Source: an uncultured Actinomycetota bacterium | GTDB taxonomy: Bacteria; Actinomycetota; Actinomycetes; JACCUZ01 | Length of the DNA: 64,000 nt | Direction: 5' to 3' | Assembly (NCBI GenBank): GCA_963746175.1 | Contig: CAVVAH010000004.1 | Span: 511,567 to 575,566, forward strand | Shown: positions 30,310 through 39,633 of the stretch, one piece after another | Layout of the letters: every line of letters starts with the position of its first letter | How positions within the stretch are numbered: the stretch's first letter is position 1 | Notes under the pieces: generated by a model | The model's input: the letters and a program-made list of their open reading frames with translations, nothing else | The model's database searches: none | What the model was told of the DNA's origin: nothing | Made by a program: the position numbers and the translations under genes

Positions 30310-30765
30310 ATGACCACGACCGACGAGCTCGTCGCCGTCCTGGCGAAGGTCGACCTGTTCGACGGGCTCGACCACAAGCTGCTGCGGAGCATCGCGGAGG
30401 CCGGCCGCGAGGAGACGTTCGAGCCCGGGGCCACGGTGCTCTCGGAGGGCGAGGAGGTCAGCGGCTTCCGGTCGTTCTCACCCAAGGGTGTCGAGATGCA
30501 CGTCGTCCTGGCCGGCAGCGCGAGCGCCGGCGTCGGGGGCACGGCGCACGGCACGCTCGGGCCAGGCGACTACTTCGGAGAGGTGTCGCTCATCGACGGC
30601 CGGCCGCGGTCCGCCGACATCGTCGCCGGGGACGACGGGCTGACGACGTTCGGCCTCGCGAAGTGGACCTTCCACGAGCTGCTGGAGACGCACCCGGAGA
30701 TCGCGGTCCCGATGCTGCGTGTCATGACGGCGCGGCTGCGCGCCGCCGAGCACCCACGCGCCTGA
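30310..30765 (+). CDS. Stand-alone cyclic-nucleotide-binding domain protein
   Basis: LGPGDYFGEVSLIDGRPRSAD phosphate-binding cassette; GGAGG RBS; no DNA-binding domain. Confidence 0.88.
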   Translation: MTTTDELVAVLAKVDLFDGLDHKLLRSIAEAGREETFEPGATVLSEGEEVSGFRSFSPKGVEMHVVLAGSASAGVGGTAHGTLGPGDYFGEVSLIDGRPRSADIVAGDDGLTTFGLAKWTFHELLETHPEIAVPMLRVMTARLRAAEHPRA

Positions 30766-30780
30766 GGACGGTCGGACTGC

Positions 30781-31773
30781 TCAGCGGTAGGCGACCGACC
30801 CGGCCGGCTTCGCGAGCCGCGCGTCGCGGCGGGTGTTGACCGCCGTACGCAGCCGCAGCTGGGCGATCTTCCTCGCGAACCGCAGGAGGTCGGCCGGCGG
30901 CACCGTCGGGCGGTCCGGTACGTCGTAGCCGAGCCGGCGCATCCGGGAGCCGGCCACCCGCTCGACGAGGGCGACCTCCGCGGGCGTGAGCACCCCGGCG
31001 TAGGTGCCGACCCGCTGGGTGCCGACCTGGTTCTGGGTCTCGCGGTGCCAGCCGCCGCGCTGCCGTTCGGGCAGCCGGGCCGCCTCCACCGGGTGGTCCA
31101 GCATCGCCTCCTCGAAGTCCTCGCCCAGGAAGGAGCACAGCCGCTGCAGCTCGGCGCGCGGGTCGGCGACGAGGTCCTCGTAGCGCAGCTCGTGGAAGGC
31201 GCCGGCCGGCAGCCGGCGACGGGCGGCCCGCGCCAGGTCGACGGCGTGCACCCAGGTCGCCACGGCCCCGACCGTCCCGTGCTTCCACCACGACATCCGC
31301 TTGAGCGAGCCGACGCAGTCGCGGGGGTCGCGCACCAGGTGCACGACCTGCGCGTCCGGGAACAACGCCAGGAGCACGCCGACGTTGCGGAAGTAGCCCG
31401 GTCGCTTGTCGCCCCAGCGCGGCTTGCCGCGGTCGGCGGCGTAGAGCCGGTACGGCGCCGCCAGCGCGCTCCCCATCGTCGGCGAGCCCTCGACGACCTC
31501 CTTCTTCACCCGGTCGGCGTCGATCCCGAGGTGCCGGAACTTCGTGCCCTTCCGGCGCACGACCGCCCGGGCCAGCCGGCGCCGGTTGTGCTTGTCGGTG
31601 AGGTCGCCGAAGGCGCGGCGGCGCCGGAACACCGGCAGCAGGAACCGGGTCTCCGGCGGGATGGCGAGGCGCGAGTGGCTGCTGAGCATCAGCGTGAGCA
31701 GCGTGGTGCCCGACCGCGGGCAGCCGATGACGAAGACCGGCCGGTCGCCGGACACGGGGGCTGGGGTGGGCAT
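30781..31773 (-). CDS. Sulfotransferase family protein (paralog 2)
   Basis: FVIGCPRSGTT, LAIPPETRF, RWGDKRP, HLVRDPRD and LRYEDLVADP; clearly paralogous to 26536..27558. Confidence 0.9.
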   Translation of the reverse strand: MPTPAPVSGDRPVFVIGCPRSGTTLLTLMLSSHSRLAIPPETRFLLPVFRRRRAFGDLTDKHNRRRLARAVVRRKGTKFRHLGIDADRVKKEVVEGSPTMGSALAAPYRLYAADRGKPRWGDKRPGYFRNVGVLLALFPDAQVVHLVRDPRDCVGSLKRMSWWKHGTVGAVATWVHAVDLARAARRRLPAGAFHELRYEDLVADPRAELQRLCSFLGEDFEEAMLDHPVEAARLPERQRGGWHRETQNQVGTQRVGTYAGVLTPAEVALVERVAGSRMRRLGYDVPDRPTVPPADLLRFARKIAQLRLRTAVNTRRDARLAKPAGSVAYR

Positions 31774-31926
31774 CGCGCGACAGGGTATCCGCGCCGCGTC
31801 GGCGAGCCGGACGCGTCCTGCTACGCCGTGGAGACGGCGTGTCTTCACTGCCCGTAAATCCGTTGTCACTCAGTGCACTGGGGCTGTCGACCGTTTGTCC
31901 GATACCCCTCACTTGCCCGCTGCTGG

Positions 31927-32003
31927 AGGCTTACGTTCTACGCGCCGCGGGTGAGGGAGACGCCCGTGTGTCATCGCGTTCACCACCTCATGGGGGGCTC
32001 ATG
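31927..32003 (+). promoter_or_regulatory. Conserved promoter/5' leader, copy 1
   Basis: TACGTT -10-like hexamer followed by a hairpin-forming leader and G6 RBS; near-identical to 35189..35263. Confidence 0.7.
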
Positions 32004-35000
32004 CACCGCGCACGTCGTTCGACCACCCGTTCCACGGTCCGCTCACTCGGCACCGCGTTCCTCGCGATCGTCGTCGCCGTCCTCGGGCTGCCGCTGCTGC
32101 CCTCGGCCGCATCGGCGACGGCCATCACGGCCGGCTACCAGGACCAGGACTACGCCTCTGCGTCACGGCCCGGACGAGGTGACCTCGTACCACTCGCAGA
32201 ACAAGCTGTGGTTCAACGACGGCCGCTGGTGGTCGGTCATGTGGCGCCCGGACGCTGCGGGTGGTCCGAAGTGGACTATCAACGAGCTCATCAACCCGGG
32301 AACTGCCGCGCAGTCCTGGAGCAACACGAACGTCGAGGTCGATCCACGCAACAAGAGCCACTACGACGTGCTCTCCGACGGCGCCAAGCTCTACATCGCC
32401 GCGTCGAACGACAACGCGGCCACGAACGAGATCCGGGTCTTCACGTTCAACTACAACGTCGGCACTCACAGCTACAGCAGCGCTGCCGGCTCTGCGACAC
32501 TCCCGACCTCACTTATCGACAGCACGCCTACCGGGCTGGGCGTGAGCTACGCGAGCCTGGCCAAGTCCGGCTCGACGCTGTGGATCGGCTACGCGTCCGA
32601 CAACAAGGTGTGGACGGCGTCGTCGCCGACCTCCGGCGCAGGGACGACATGGTCCCCCCCGGCCCCCCTGACCGTGTCTGCGGGTACCGAGCCGATCGTC
32701 GGCGCAGCTGGTTCGACGCTTCAGCTCGACGACATCGCTGTGCTCGTCCCGATCAATGGTGGCGTCGGCGTCATGTGGAGCCGGACCAGCACGACCGGCA
32801 CCGACTTCGGGGGATTCTTCTTCCAGAAGAACACCACGGGCACCTGGGGCGGGCAGGAGACGGCCTGGGCCGGTACCTCGATCGGTGACAACCACATCAG
32901 CGCCAAGACGGCCACCGACGGCCGCGTCATCGTCGCGGTCAAGTCCAGCCTGGACAAGAACGGGACCAACACCGACCCGCTGATCGGTGTCCTGGCCCGC
33001 AGCACCGCCGGCGCCTGGACCGTGCCGACAAGCTCGGTGACGACGACCGGCGGCACACCGGTTGCCGGCCGCAAGGTCGCCACCGTGATCCAGGGCGTCA
33101 CCCGGCCGATGCTGGTGCTCGACGAGGGCGGCAACAGCGCCGACGTCTACTTCTCGACCGCGGTCGGCGGCGGCGACATCAACCGCCGCGTCGCGCCGTT
33201 GACGACGTTGAGCTTCACCGACCCGGGGCTGACCTCGGCAAAGCCAGGCGAGAAGATGATCGACGGTCCCGGCGTCACCACCATCAATGACGCCACGTCC
33301 ACCAAGCAGGTGCTCGACAGCCGCTCCACCGGAACCGGCATCGTCGTCCTCGCCTCCAACATTGCAACGACCGACTACGTGCACAGCTGCGTGGGTGGTG
33401 TCTGCGCCGCCGTGACCCCCGAGCCGTCGGCGTTCACCGCAACCCCGTCGTCCGGGACTGCGCCGCTCGCGGTGTCGTTCGGGGCGCCGGCCGGTGCCAC
33501 GAGCTCGTCGTGGAACTTCGGCGACGGGACTCCAGCGGGCTCCGGCACGCCCGTTTCGCACACCTACAGCACGGCCGGGACCTACACCGTCACCTACACC
33601 GGTCAGTTCACGGCCGGACAGCGGGTGATGAGCCAGACCGTCACCGTGACGGCGCCGGTGGTCACTCCCCCTCCGCCGCCGCCCGGTGGTGGAGGCACCA
33701 CGCCGGCCTGCACCGGCTGCCCGACGGCGTCGTTCACGATGGACGCCTCCTCGGGGCGGACGCCGTTCACGGTGCAGTTCACCGACACCTCCGTGGGTGC
33801 GACGAGCCGGTCGTGGAACTTCGGTGACGGAGTGACCGACACCACCGCGAACCCGACGCACACCTACACCGCGTCCGGGACCTACACCGTGACCCTCACT
33901 GCGAGCAACGCGAGCGGCTCGACCAGCTCGGCGCAGACCGTCACCGTCATCAACGGCGGCGCCCGGTTCACCCCGGTGGCACCGACGACGGCGCTCAAGG
34001 GCAAGGCGATCGGCGCCGGGCAGTTCGCGACGCTGACGCTCAAGCCGCCGCCCGGCACCAACACGGTGGCGCTCAACGTGTCGGTCACCAAGGCGAGCGC
34101 ATCGACGACCGTCTCGGTGTGCACGGGCGACGACCTGCCGGCCGACTGCACCGCCCAGACAGTGGTCCGGGCACGCAAGGGCGGCAAGGGGTCCGGCTTC
34201 ACCATCACGAAGCTCGACGCCACCGACTCGGTGAAGATCTGGAACGCGGCGGGAACCGCAGTCGTCAAGGCCGAGGTCGAGGGCTGGTTCGGCGGCAAGA
34301 CGGACCAGAGCTACTTCGTGCCGCAGGGCAACCGACGGATCCTGACCTCGGCCAAGGTGGGCGGCAACAAGGCGTACACGCTCACCATCCCGAAGTCCCT
34401 TCGGCCGAGCGGCACCCGGGCCGTGGCGCTGAACGTCTGGGCCACCAGCGCCTCCACCGCGACCGACGTGTCGGTGTGCAACGCGGGCGTGGGGAAGAAG
34501 GCGTGCAAGAAGCACCCGACCCTCTACACCGGCAAGGGCGCCGCCGTGAGCACGCACGTCGTCACGACGATGGGCTCGGGCGGCAAGGTGAAGCTGGTCA
34601 ACCGCAAGGGCAGCGTCCGGCTCACGGTCGCGGTCCAGGGCGTCTACACCTCGGGAGCAACGGGTGCGACGTTCCGGCCGAACCCGCTGCGTCGGGTCCT
34701 GACCACCCAGACGCTGGGGGCGAAGAAGTCCTTCACGATGTCGATGAAGTCGCTGCCGGCGGGCACGAGCACGGTGGCGCTCCGCGTCACCATCGGGTCG
34801 GCGACGTCGACCGGCTCGGTGGCGGTCTGCACCGGCGGCACCGCGACGAAGGTCTGCAAGGCCTCGCCCACGGTGCCGGTGCAGAAGGGCCGGGTGACCA
34901 ACCAGGTGGTGTTCGCCAAGGTCGGACCGGGCGGCACCGTGAAGTTCTGGAACGCCGCAGGCACCACGAAGATCACCGTGGACGTCTTCGGATCCCTGGG

Positions 35001-35010
35001 TCGCACCTGA
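32001..35010 (+). pseudogene. Large secreted protein A (repeat-rich N-terminal domain, 2 PKD domains, 3 basic Cx8C modules), interrupted by a +1 frameshift near 32160
   Basis: The signal peptide MHRARR...LPSAASA lies in one frame (ATG 32001) and the body (GPDEVTSYHSQNKLWFNDG onward) in the +1 frame. PKD motifs SWNFGDG...HTY...GTYTV occur twice. This could be a true frameshift or a sequence error. Confidence 0.75.
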
Positions 35011-35027
35011 CAGACCGCCTGCACGTC

Positions 35028-35066
35028 CGGACGGCCCGTCTCGCACCGAGCGAGACGGGCCGTTCG
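35028..35066 (+). terminator. Intrinsic terminator-like hairpin after secreted protein A
   Basis: CGGACGGCCCGTCTCGC-N5-GCGAGACGGGCCGTTCG. Confidence 0.8.
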
Positions 35067-35188
35067 CGTCTGAGCGCACCGTGGTCGACGGCGTTCGTCG
35101 GCCCGCCTTCACCCGCTGTATGGGCTGTCGTCACGCAACGCCAACATTTCGACCAATAGCCGCATACCGCCACCTGGCCCGCAGGCCA

Positions 35189-35263
35189 AGGCTTACGTTC
35201 GACGCGCCCCGGGTGAGGCAGACGCCCGGTGTCCTCGCTCATCACGTCATGGGGGGCCTCATG
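35189..35263 (+). promoter_or_regulatory. Conserved promoter/5' leader, copy 2
   Basis: Near-identical to 31927..32003. Confidence 0.7.
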
Positions 35264-37693
35264 CAGCGCGCTCGCCGTCCTTCGTCCAACGGTTCGCGTC
35301 GGCGGCCCGTCGCGACCTTCGCCCTGTGGGCACTCGTCGCCCTGCTCGGCCTGTCCCTGCTGCCCAGCGCCCCGGCGTCCGCGGCCCGTGCCGACGGCGC
35401 CGGCTTCGTCGACTTCGCGTACGGCAGCGCCACCAACGACGTCACGGCCCACAGCTCGCAGAGCAAGGTGTGGTGGAACGCCGGGTCCTGGTGGGCGGTG
35501 ATGATGGAACCCGCGGAGGGCGGGCTGGTGCCGCACGAGACGCGGTGGGCGATCTTCCGGCTCGACATGCCGTCCCAGACCTGGGTCAGCACCAGGGTGC
35601 AGGTGGACGAGCGCAACCAGTCCCACCCCGACGTCCTCGCCTTCGGCAACAGGCTCTACGTCGTGTCGTCCTACTCGCGGACCGAGACCGGCGCGGTCAA
35701 GGTCTTCGCCTACGACTACGCCGCCGCGTCGGATACCTACGTCCTGGACCCGCTGTTCGTCGACAGCGACCCGATCGAGGGCAGCCCGGGCCGGTTCGAC
35801 GACGGCATCGAGACTCCCGCCAAGGGTGTCCAGTACGCCACGATCGCCCGAAGCAACGACTCGCTGTTCATCGCTTACACGTCCAATAACGGCGTCTGGT
35901 GGATGAGGTCCGACCTCACGGGCGTCACCTGGGAGGGGCCGGCGCAGATCAGCACCGGCGCCCGGTCGCCCATCTCCGGGCCGCCGGGACCGGCCACGTC
36001 CTCCAGCGACGACATCGCCCAGGCCGTCGGCTTCGGCGACGGGCAGGTCGGCATCATGTGGAGCCGCACCAGCACGACCGCGGCGCCCTACGGTGGCTTC
36101 TTCTTCGCGACCTTCAACGGCTCCGGCTTCGGGGACCCGGAGGTCGCGTGGGAGGGCGCCGACGTCGGCGACAACCACATCAGCGTGAAGACCGCTGGTG
36201 CCCGGGTCCTCGTCGCCGTGAAGACGAGCTTCAAGGGGACGGACGATCCTCTCGTGTCGGTGCTCGAGCGCAACGGCAGCACGCCGTGGGCCCAGCACAC
36301 CGTCATCACCCGCAATGCGGCCGGCGTCAGCCGGGATGCGACCCGTCCGGTGCTGGTCCTCGACCAGGGCAGCGCGCACGTGTTCATGACCGACCGGGTC
36401 GACGGCGGTGCGATCTACCGCAACGCCGCGCCCCTGAGCACGCTGAGCTTCCCGAACGGGCTGGGTGAGGCGTTCATCGCCAGCTCGGCGCACCAGTTCG
36501 TCAACGACGCGACCACCACCAAGCAGCAGGTCGACACCGCTGCGTGGGGCCTGGTGGCGCTCGGGAGCGACGACCGGCCGGGCGTCGACACCTACCTGCA
36601 CGGCTGCATCGGCGGACCCTGCGCGACCGGCGGGGTGGCACCGCCGCCCACCGCGGCGACCCCGACCTCGACGGCCCTGACGACCTCGCCGAACCCGTCG
36701 ACGGCAGGTGGCGCCGTCACGCTCGACGCCACCGTCACGGGCGGGCCCGGCATCGGCGGGACCATCACCTTCTTCGACGGCACCGCGCAGCTCAAGACCG
36801 TCGCTCTCAGCGGTGGCAGCGCGTCGACCACCACTGCCACCCTGGGTGAGGGCACGCACCCGCTGCGGGCGGTGTACAGCTCCAGCGGCACCTACGCAGC
36901 GAGCAGCTCGCCGGTGGTCACGCAGACCGTGCTGGCGGCGCCGCCGGGCAGTGCGAGCGGCGGGGGCGGACCCATCACGAGGGCTCCGGTCGGGACGCGG
37001 TTCCAGGTGCTCGCAACGCCGAAGCGAGTGGTGACCGGACGGAAGGTCGGACCCCGCAAGATCAAGACGGTCGGCCTGCCCGCACCGGCCGGCGCCAAGG
37101 CGGTGGCCGTCAACGTCAGCGTCCAGGCCGGCACGAAGCGCACGGTCGTCTCGGTCTGCGCCGGCGGCACGACGAAGGCCGCCTGCAAGCGCAGCAAGGT
37201 CGTGCGAGTCGACGAACGCGACCGCAAGGCAGGCCTCGCGACCGTGACCCTGCCGGCGGGTGCGGAGGTCCGCGTCTACAACTCCCGTGGGAAGGCGCGC
37301 GTCTCCCTGGATATCCAGGGCTGGTACGTCAGAGACGCGTCGCGGGCACTGTTCACCGGGCTGGCCCGGCCCCAGCGAGTGCTGAAGTGGACCACGGTCG
37401 GCTCGCACCACGTGCTGAAGATCCCGAAGAGCATGCGGCCGAGCGGAACGGTGGCGGTCGAGCTGGCCCTGACGGCGAAACGGGCCGGCCGGTCGTCCGC
37501 CCTGGCTGCCTGCCGCAAGGCAGCGAGCCAGAAGGCCTGCCTCGCCCACCCGACGCTGTACGCGGACCGGGGAACCACCGTGACGAACCGGGTCATCGTG
37601 AAGCTTGACAAGAAGGGAAGGGTCCAGCTGGTCAACGGCTCCGGATCGGTGCGCGTCAAGGCGTTCCTGCGGGGGGTCTACACGAGGAGCTGA
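35261..37693 (+). CDS. Large secreted protein B, paralog of protein A (same N-terminal domain, one Ig-like domain, 2 basic Cx8C modules)
   Basis: Signal peptide; shared motifs SQSKVWWNAG, GIMWSR, GDNHISVKT, TRPVLVLD, NDATTTKQ. Ig-like TLDATV...GTITFFDG...LGEGTHPLRAVYS. Confidence 0.85.
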   Translation: MQRARRPSSNGSRRRPVATFALWALVALLGLSLLPSAPASAARADGAGFVDFAYGSATNDVTAHSSQSKVWWNAGSWWAVMMEPAEGGLVPHETRWAIFRLDMPSQTWVSTRVQVDERNQSHPDVLAFGNRLYVVSSYSRTETGAVKVFAYDYAAASDTYVLDPLFVDSDPIEGSPGRFDDGIETPAKGVQYATIARSNDSLFIAYTSNNGVWWMRSDLTGVTWEGPAQISTGARSPISGPPGPATSSSDDIAQAVGFGDGQVGIMWSRTSTTAAPYGGFFFATFNGSGFGDPEVAWEGADVGDNHISVKTAGARVLVAVKTSFKGTDDPLVSVLERNGSTPWAQHTVITRNAAGVSRDATRPVLVLDQGSAHVFMTDRVDGGAIYRNAAPLSTLSFPNGLGEAFIASSAHQFVNDATTTKQQVDTAAWGLVALGSDDRPGVDTYLHGCIGGPCATGGVAPPPTAATPTSTALTTSPNPSTAGGAVTLDATVTGGPGIGGTITFFDGTAQLKTVALSGGSASTTTATLGEGTHPLRAVYSSSGTYAASSSPVVTQTVLAAPPGSASGGGGPITRAPVGTRFQVLATPKRVVTGRKVGPRKIKTVGLPAPAGAKAVAVNVSVQAGTKRTVVSVCAGGTTKAACKRSKVVRVDERDRKAGLATVTLPAGAEVRVYNSRGKARVSLDIQGWYVRDASRALFTGLARPQRVLKWTTVGSHHVLKIPKSMRPSGTVAVELALTAKRAGRSSALAACRKAASQKACLAHPTLYADRGTTVTNRVIVKLDKKGRVQLVNGSGSVRVKAFLRGVYTRS

Positions 37694-37706
37694 CTGCTCT
37701 CACGAC

Positions 37707-37745
37707 CGACGGGCACCGCGGACGGCCGGTTCGCTGTGCCCGTCG
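37707..37745 (+). terminator. Hairpin after secreted protein B
   Basis: CGACGGGCAC...GTGCCCGTCG with an inner GCGGAC/GTTCGC stem. Confidence 0.65.
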
Positions 37746-37861
37746 ACGTGTCTCAGGCGGCGGACCTGACGGACCTGAGCTCCGTGGAAGCGATCGTGCC
37801 GGCCGATGGTTGACACTGGTCCGGTGTGTTCTGGTCGCCGCCAACCGTGGAAAGGTCCTGC

Positions 37862-39514
37862 ATGACTGATGGCCCACTGATCGTGCAGTCGGACAAGACC
37901 CTCCTGCTCGAGGTCGACCACGAGCAGGCCGGTGACTGCCGTCGCGCGATCGCGCCGTTCGCCGAGCTGGAGCGGTCGCCGGAGCACGTGCACACCTACC
38001 GGCTGACCCCGCTGGGGCTGTGGAACGCGCGCGCTGCCGGGCACGACGCCGAGCAGGTCGTCGACGTGCTGCTCCGGTACTCGCGGTACGCCGTGCCGCA
38101 CGCCCTGCTGGTCGACGTCGCAGACACGATGGCCCGCTACGGCCGGCTGCGACTGGAGAAGCACCCGGTGCACGGGCTGGTCCTCATCACCACCGACCGC
38201 GCGGTCCTCGAGGAGGTCGTCCGGTCGAAGAAGGTCAGCCCGCTGATCGGCGCCCGCGTCGACGACGACTCCGTCGCGGTGCACCCCTCGGAGCGCGGCC
38301 ACCTCAAGCAGGTGCTGCTCAAGCTCGGCTGGCCCGCCGAGGACCTGGCCGGCTACGTCGACGGCGAGGCCCACGCGATCGCGCTGCGCGAGGACGGCTG
38401 GCACATGCGGGCGTACCAGCAGGAGGCGGTGGACGGCTTCTGGCACGGCGGGTCCGGCGTGGTCGTCCTCCCCTGCGGCGCTGGCAAGACGATCGTCGGC
38501 GCGGCCGCGATGGCCCGGGCCGGTGCGACCACGCTGATCCTCGTCACCAACACGGTGTCCGCCCGGCAGTGGCGGCACGAGCTGCTCAAGCGCACCTCGC
38601 TGACCGAGGACGAGATCGGCGAGTACTCCGGTGCCCGCAAGGAGGTCCGGCCGGTCACCATCGCGACCTACCAGGTGATGACGACCCGCCGGAAGGGCGT
38701 CTACACGCACCTCGAGCTGCTCGACGCGCGCGACTGGGGACTCGTCGTCTACGACGAGGTGCACCTGCTGCCGGCGCCGATCTTCCGGATGACCGCCGAC
38801 CTGCAGGCCCGACGGCGGCTCGGGCTCACCGCGACGCTGGTGCGCGAGGACGGCCGCGAGGGCGACGTGTTCTCGCTGATCGGCCCGAAGCGCTACGACG
38901 CGCCGTGGAAGGACATCGAGGCGCAGGGCTGGATCGCACCGGCCGACTGCGTCGAGGTGCGGGTGACGCTGACCGACTCCGAGCGGCTCGCGTACGCCAT
39001 GGCCGAGCCGGAGGAGCGCTACCGGTTCGCGTCCTGCACGCCGTCCAAGACCCGCGTCGTGGAGCGGCTGGTCGAGCGCCACCGCGGTGACCAGGTGCTC
39101 GTCATCGGCCAGTACCTCGACCAGCTCGACGACCTCGGCGAACGGTTGGACGCCCCGGTCATCAAGGGTGACACCACCGTCAAGGAGCGGGAGCGGCTGT
39201 TCCAGGCGTTCCGCACGGGCGAGGTGTCGCTGCTGGTCGTGTCGAAGGTGGCGAACTTCTCCATCGACCTGCCCGAGGCCGCCGTCGCCATCCAGGTGTC
39301 GGGGACCTTCGGCTCGCGGCAGGAGGAGGCTCAGCGGCTCGGCCGGGTGCTGCGTCCCAAGGCCGACGGGCGCACCGCCCGGTTCTACGCCGTCACGGCA
39401 CGCGACACCGTCGACCAGGACTTCGCCGCGCACCGGCAGCGGTTCCTCGCCGAGCAGGGCTACGCCTACCGGATCGTCGACTCCGACGACCTCCCCACCC
39501 TCGACGCCAGCTGA
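37862..39514 (+). CDS. ercc3: XPB/ERCC3-family SF2 DNA helicase
   Basis: PLIVQSDKTLLLE, LPCGAGKT, VYDEVH, LGLTATLVREDG, SKVANFSIDLP, QEEAQRLGR. Confidence 0.95.
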   Translation: MTDGPLIVQSDKTLLLEVDHEQAGDCRRAIAPFAELERSPEHVHTYRLTPLGLWNARAAGHDAEQVVDVLLRYSRYAVPHALLVDVADTMARYGRLRLEKHPVHGLVLITTDRAVLEEVVRSKKVSPLIGARVDDDSVAVHPSERGHLKQVLLKLGWPAEDLAGYVDGEAHAIALREDGWHMRAYQQEAVDGFWHGGSGVVVLPCGAGKTIVGAAAMARAGATTLILVTNTVSARQWRHELLKRTSLTEDEIGEYSGARKEVRPVTIATYQVMTTRRKGVYTHLELLDARDWGLVVYDEVHLLPAPIFRMTADLQARRRLGLTATLVREDGREGDVFSLIGPKRYDAPWKDIEAQGWIAPADCVEVRVTLTDSERLAYAMAEPEERYRFASCTPSKTRVVERLVERHRGDQVLVIGQYLDQLDDLGERLDAPVIKGDTTVKERERLFQAFRTGEVSLLVVSKVANFSIDLPEAAVAIQVSGTFGSRQEEAQRLGRVLRPKADGRTARFYAVTARDTVDQDFAAHRQRFLAEQGYAYRIVDSDDLPTLDAS

Positions 39515-39542
39515 CCCACCCCCGCCGCCCGCCGGTGGCGGT

Positions 39543-39609
39543 TGACCACGTATACGTGGTCAACCGGTGCCTGGCGGGGCGTACATGCCACGACAAGCAC
39601 TTCTTCGCC
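39543..39609. repeat. Palindromic dispersed repeat family B, copy 2
   Basis: Overlaps the perfect 24-bp palindrome GTTGACCACGTATACGTGGTCAAC (39541..39564). Confidence 0.85.
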
Positions 39610-39633
39610 ACGACGAGCGGGCAGGCTGGTGGC

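Noticed and set aside
31992-31997. Poly-G phase variation switching secreted protein A on
   Set aside because: The tract is only G6, is the same length in gene B, and changing it alone cannot join the signal peptide to the body.
31938-32000. Known riboswitch (c-di-GMP-I/II, c-di-AMP, SAM, TPP) in the conserved leader
   Set aside because: It is too short and lacks the conserved core motifs I recall; kept only as an unknown element.
30000-37800. Mobile element (IS, prophage or integron) explaining the accessory block
   Set aside because: No transposase, integrase, terminal repeats with target duplication, or tRNA att site seen.
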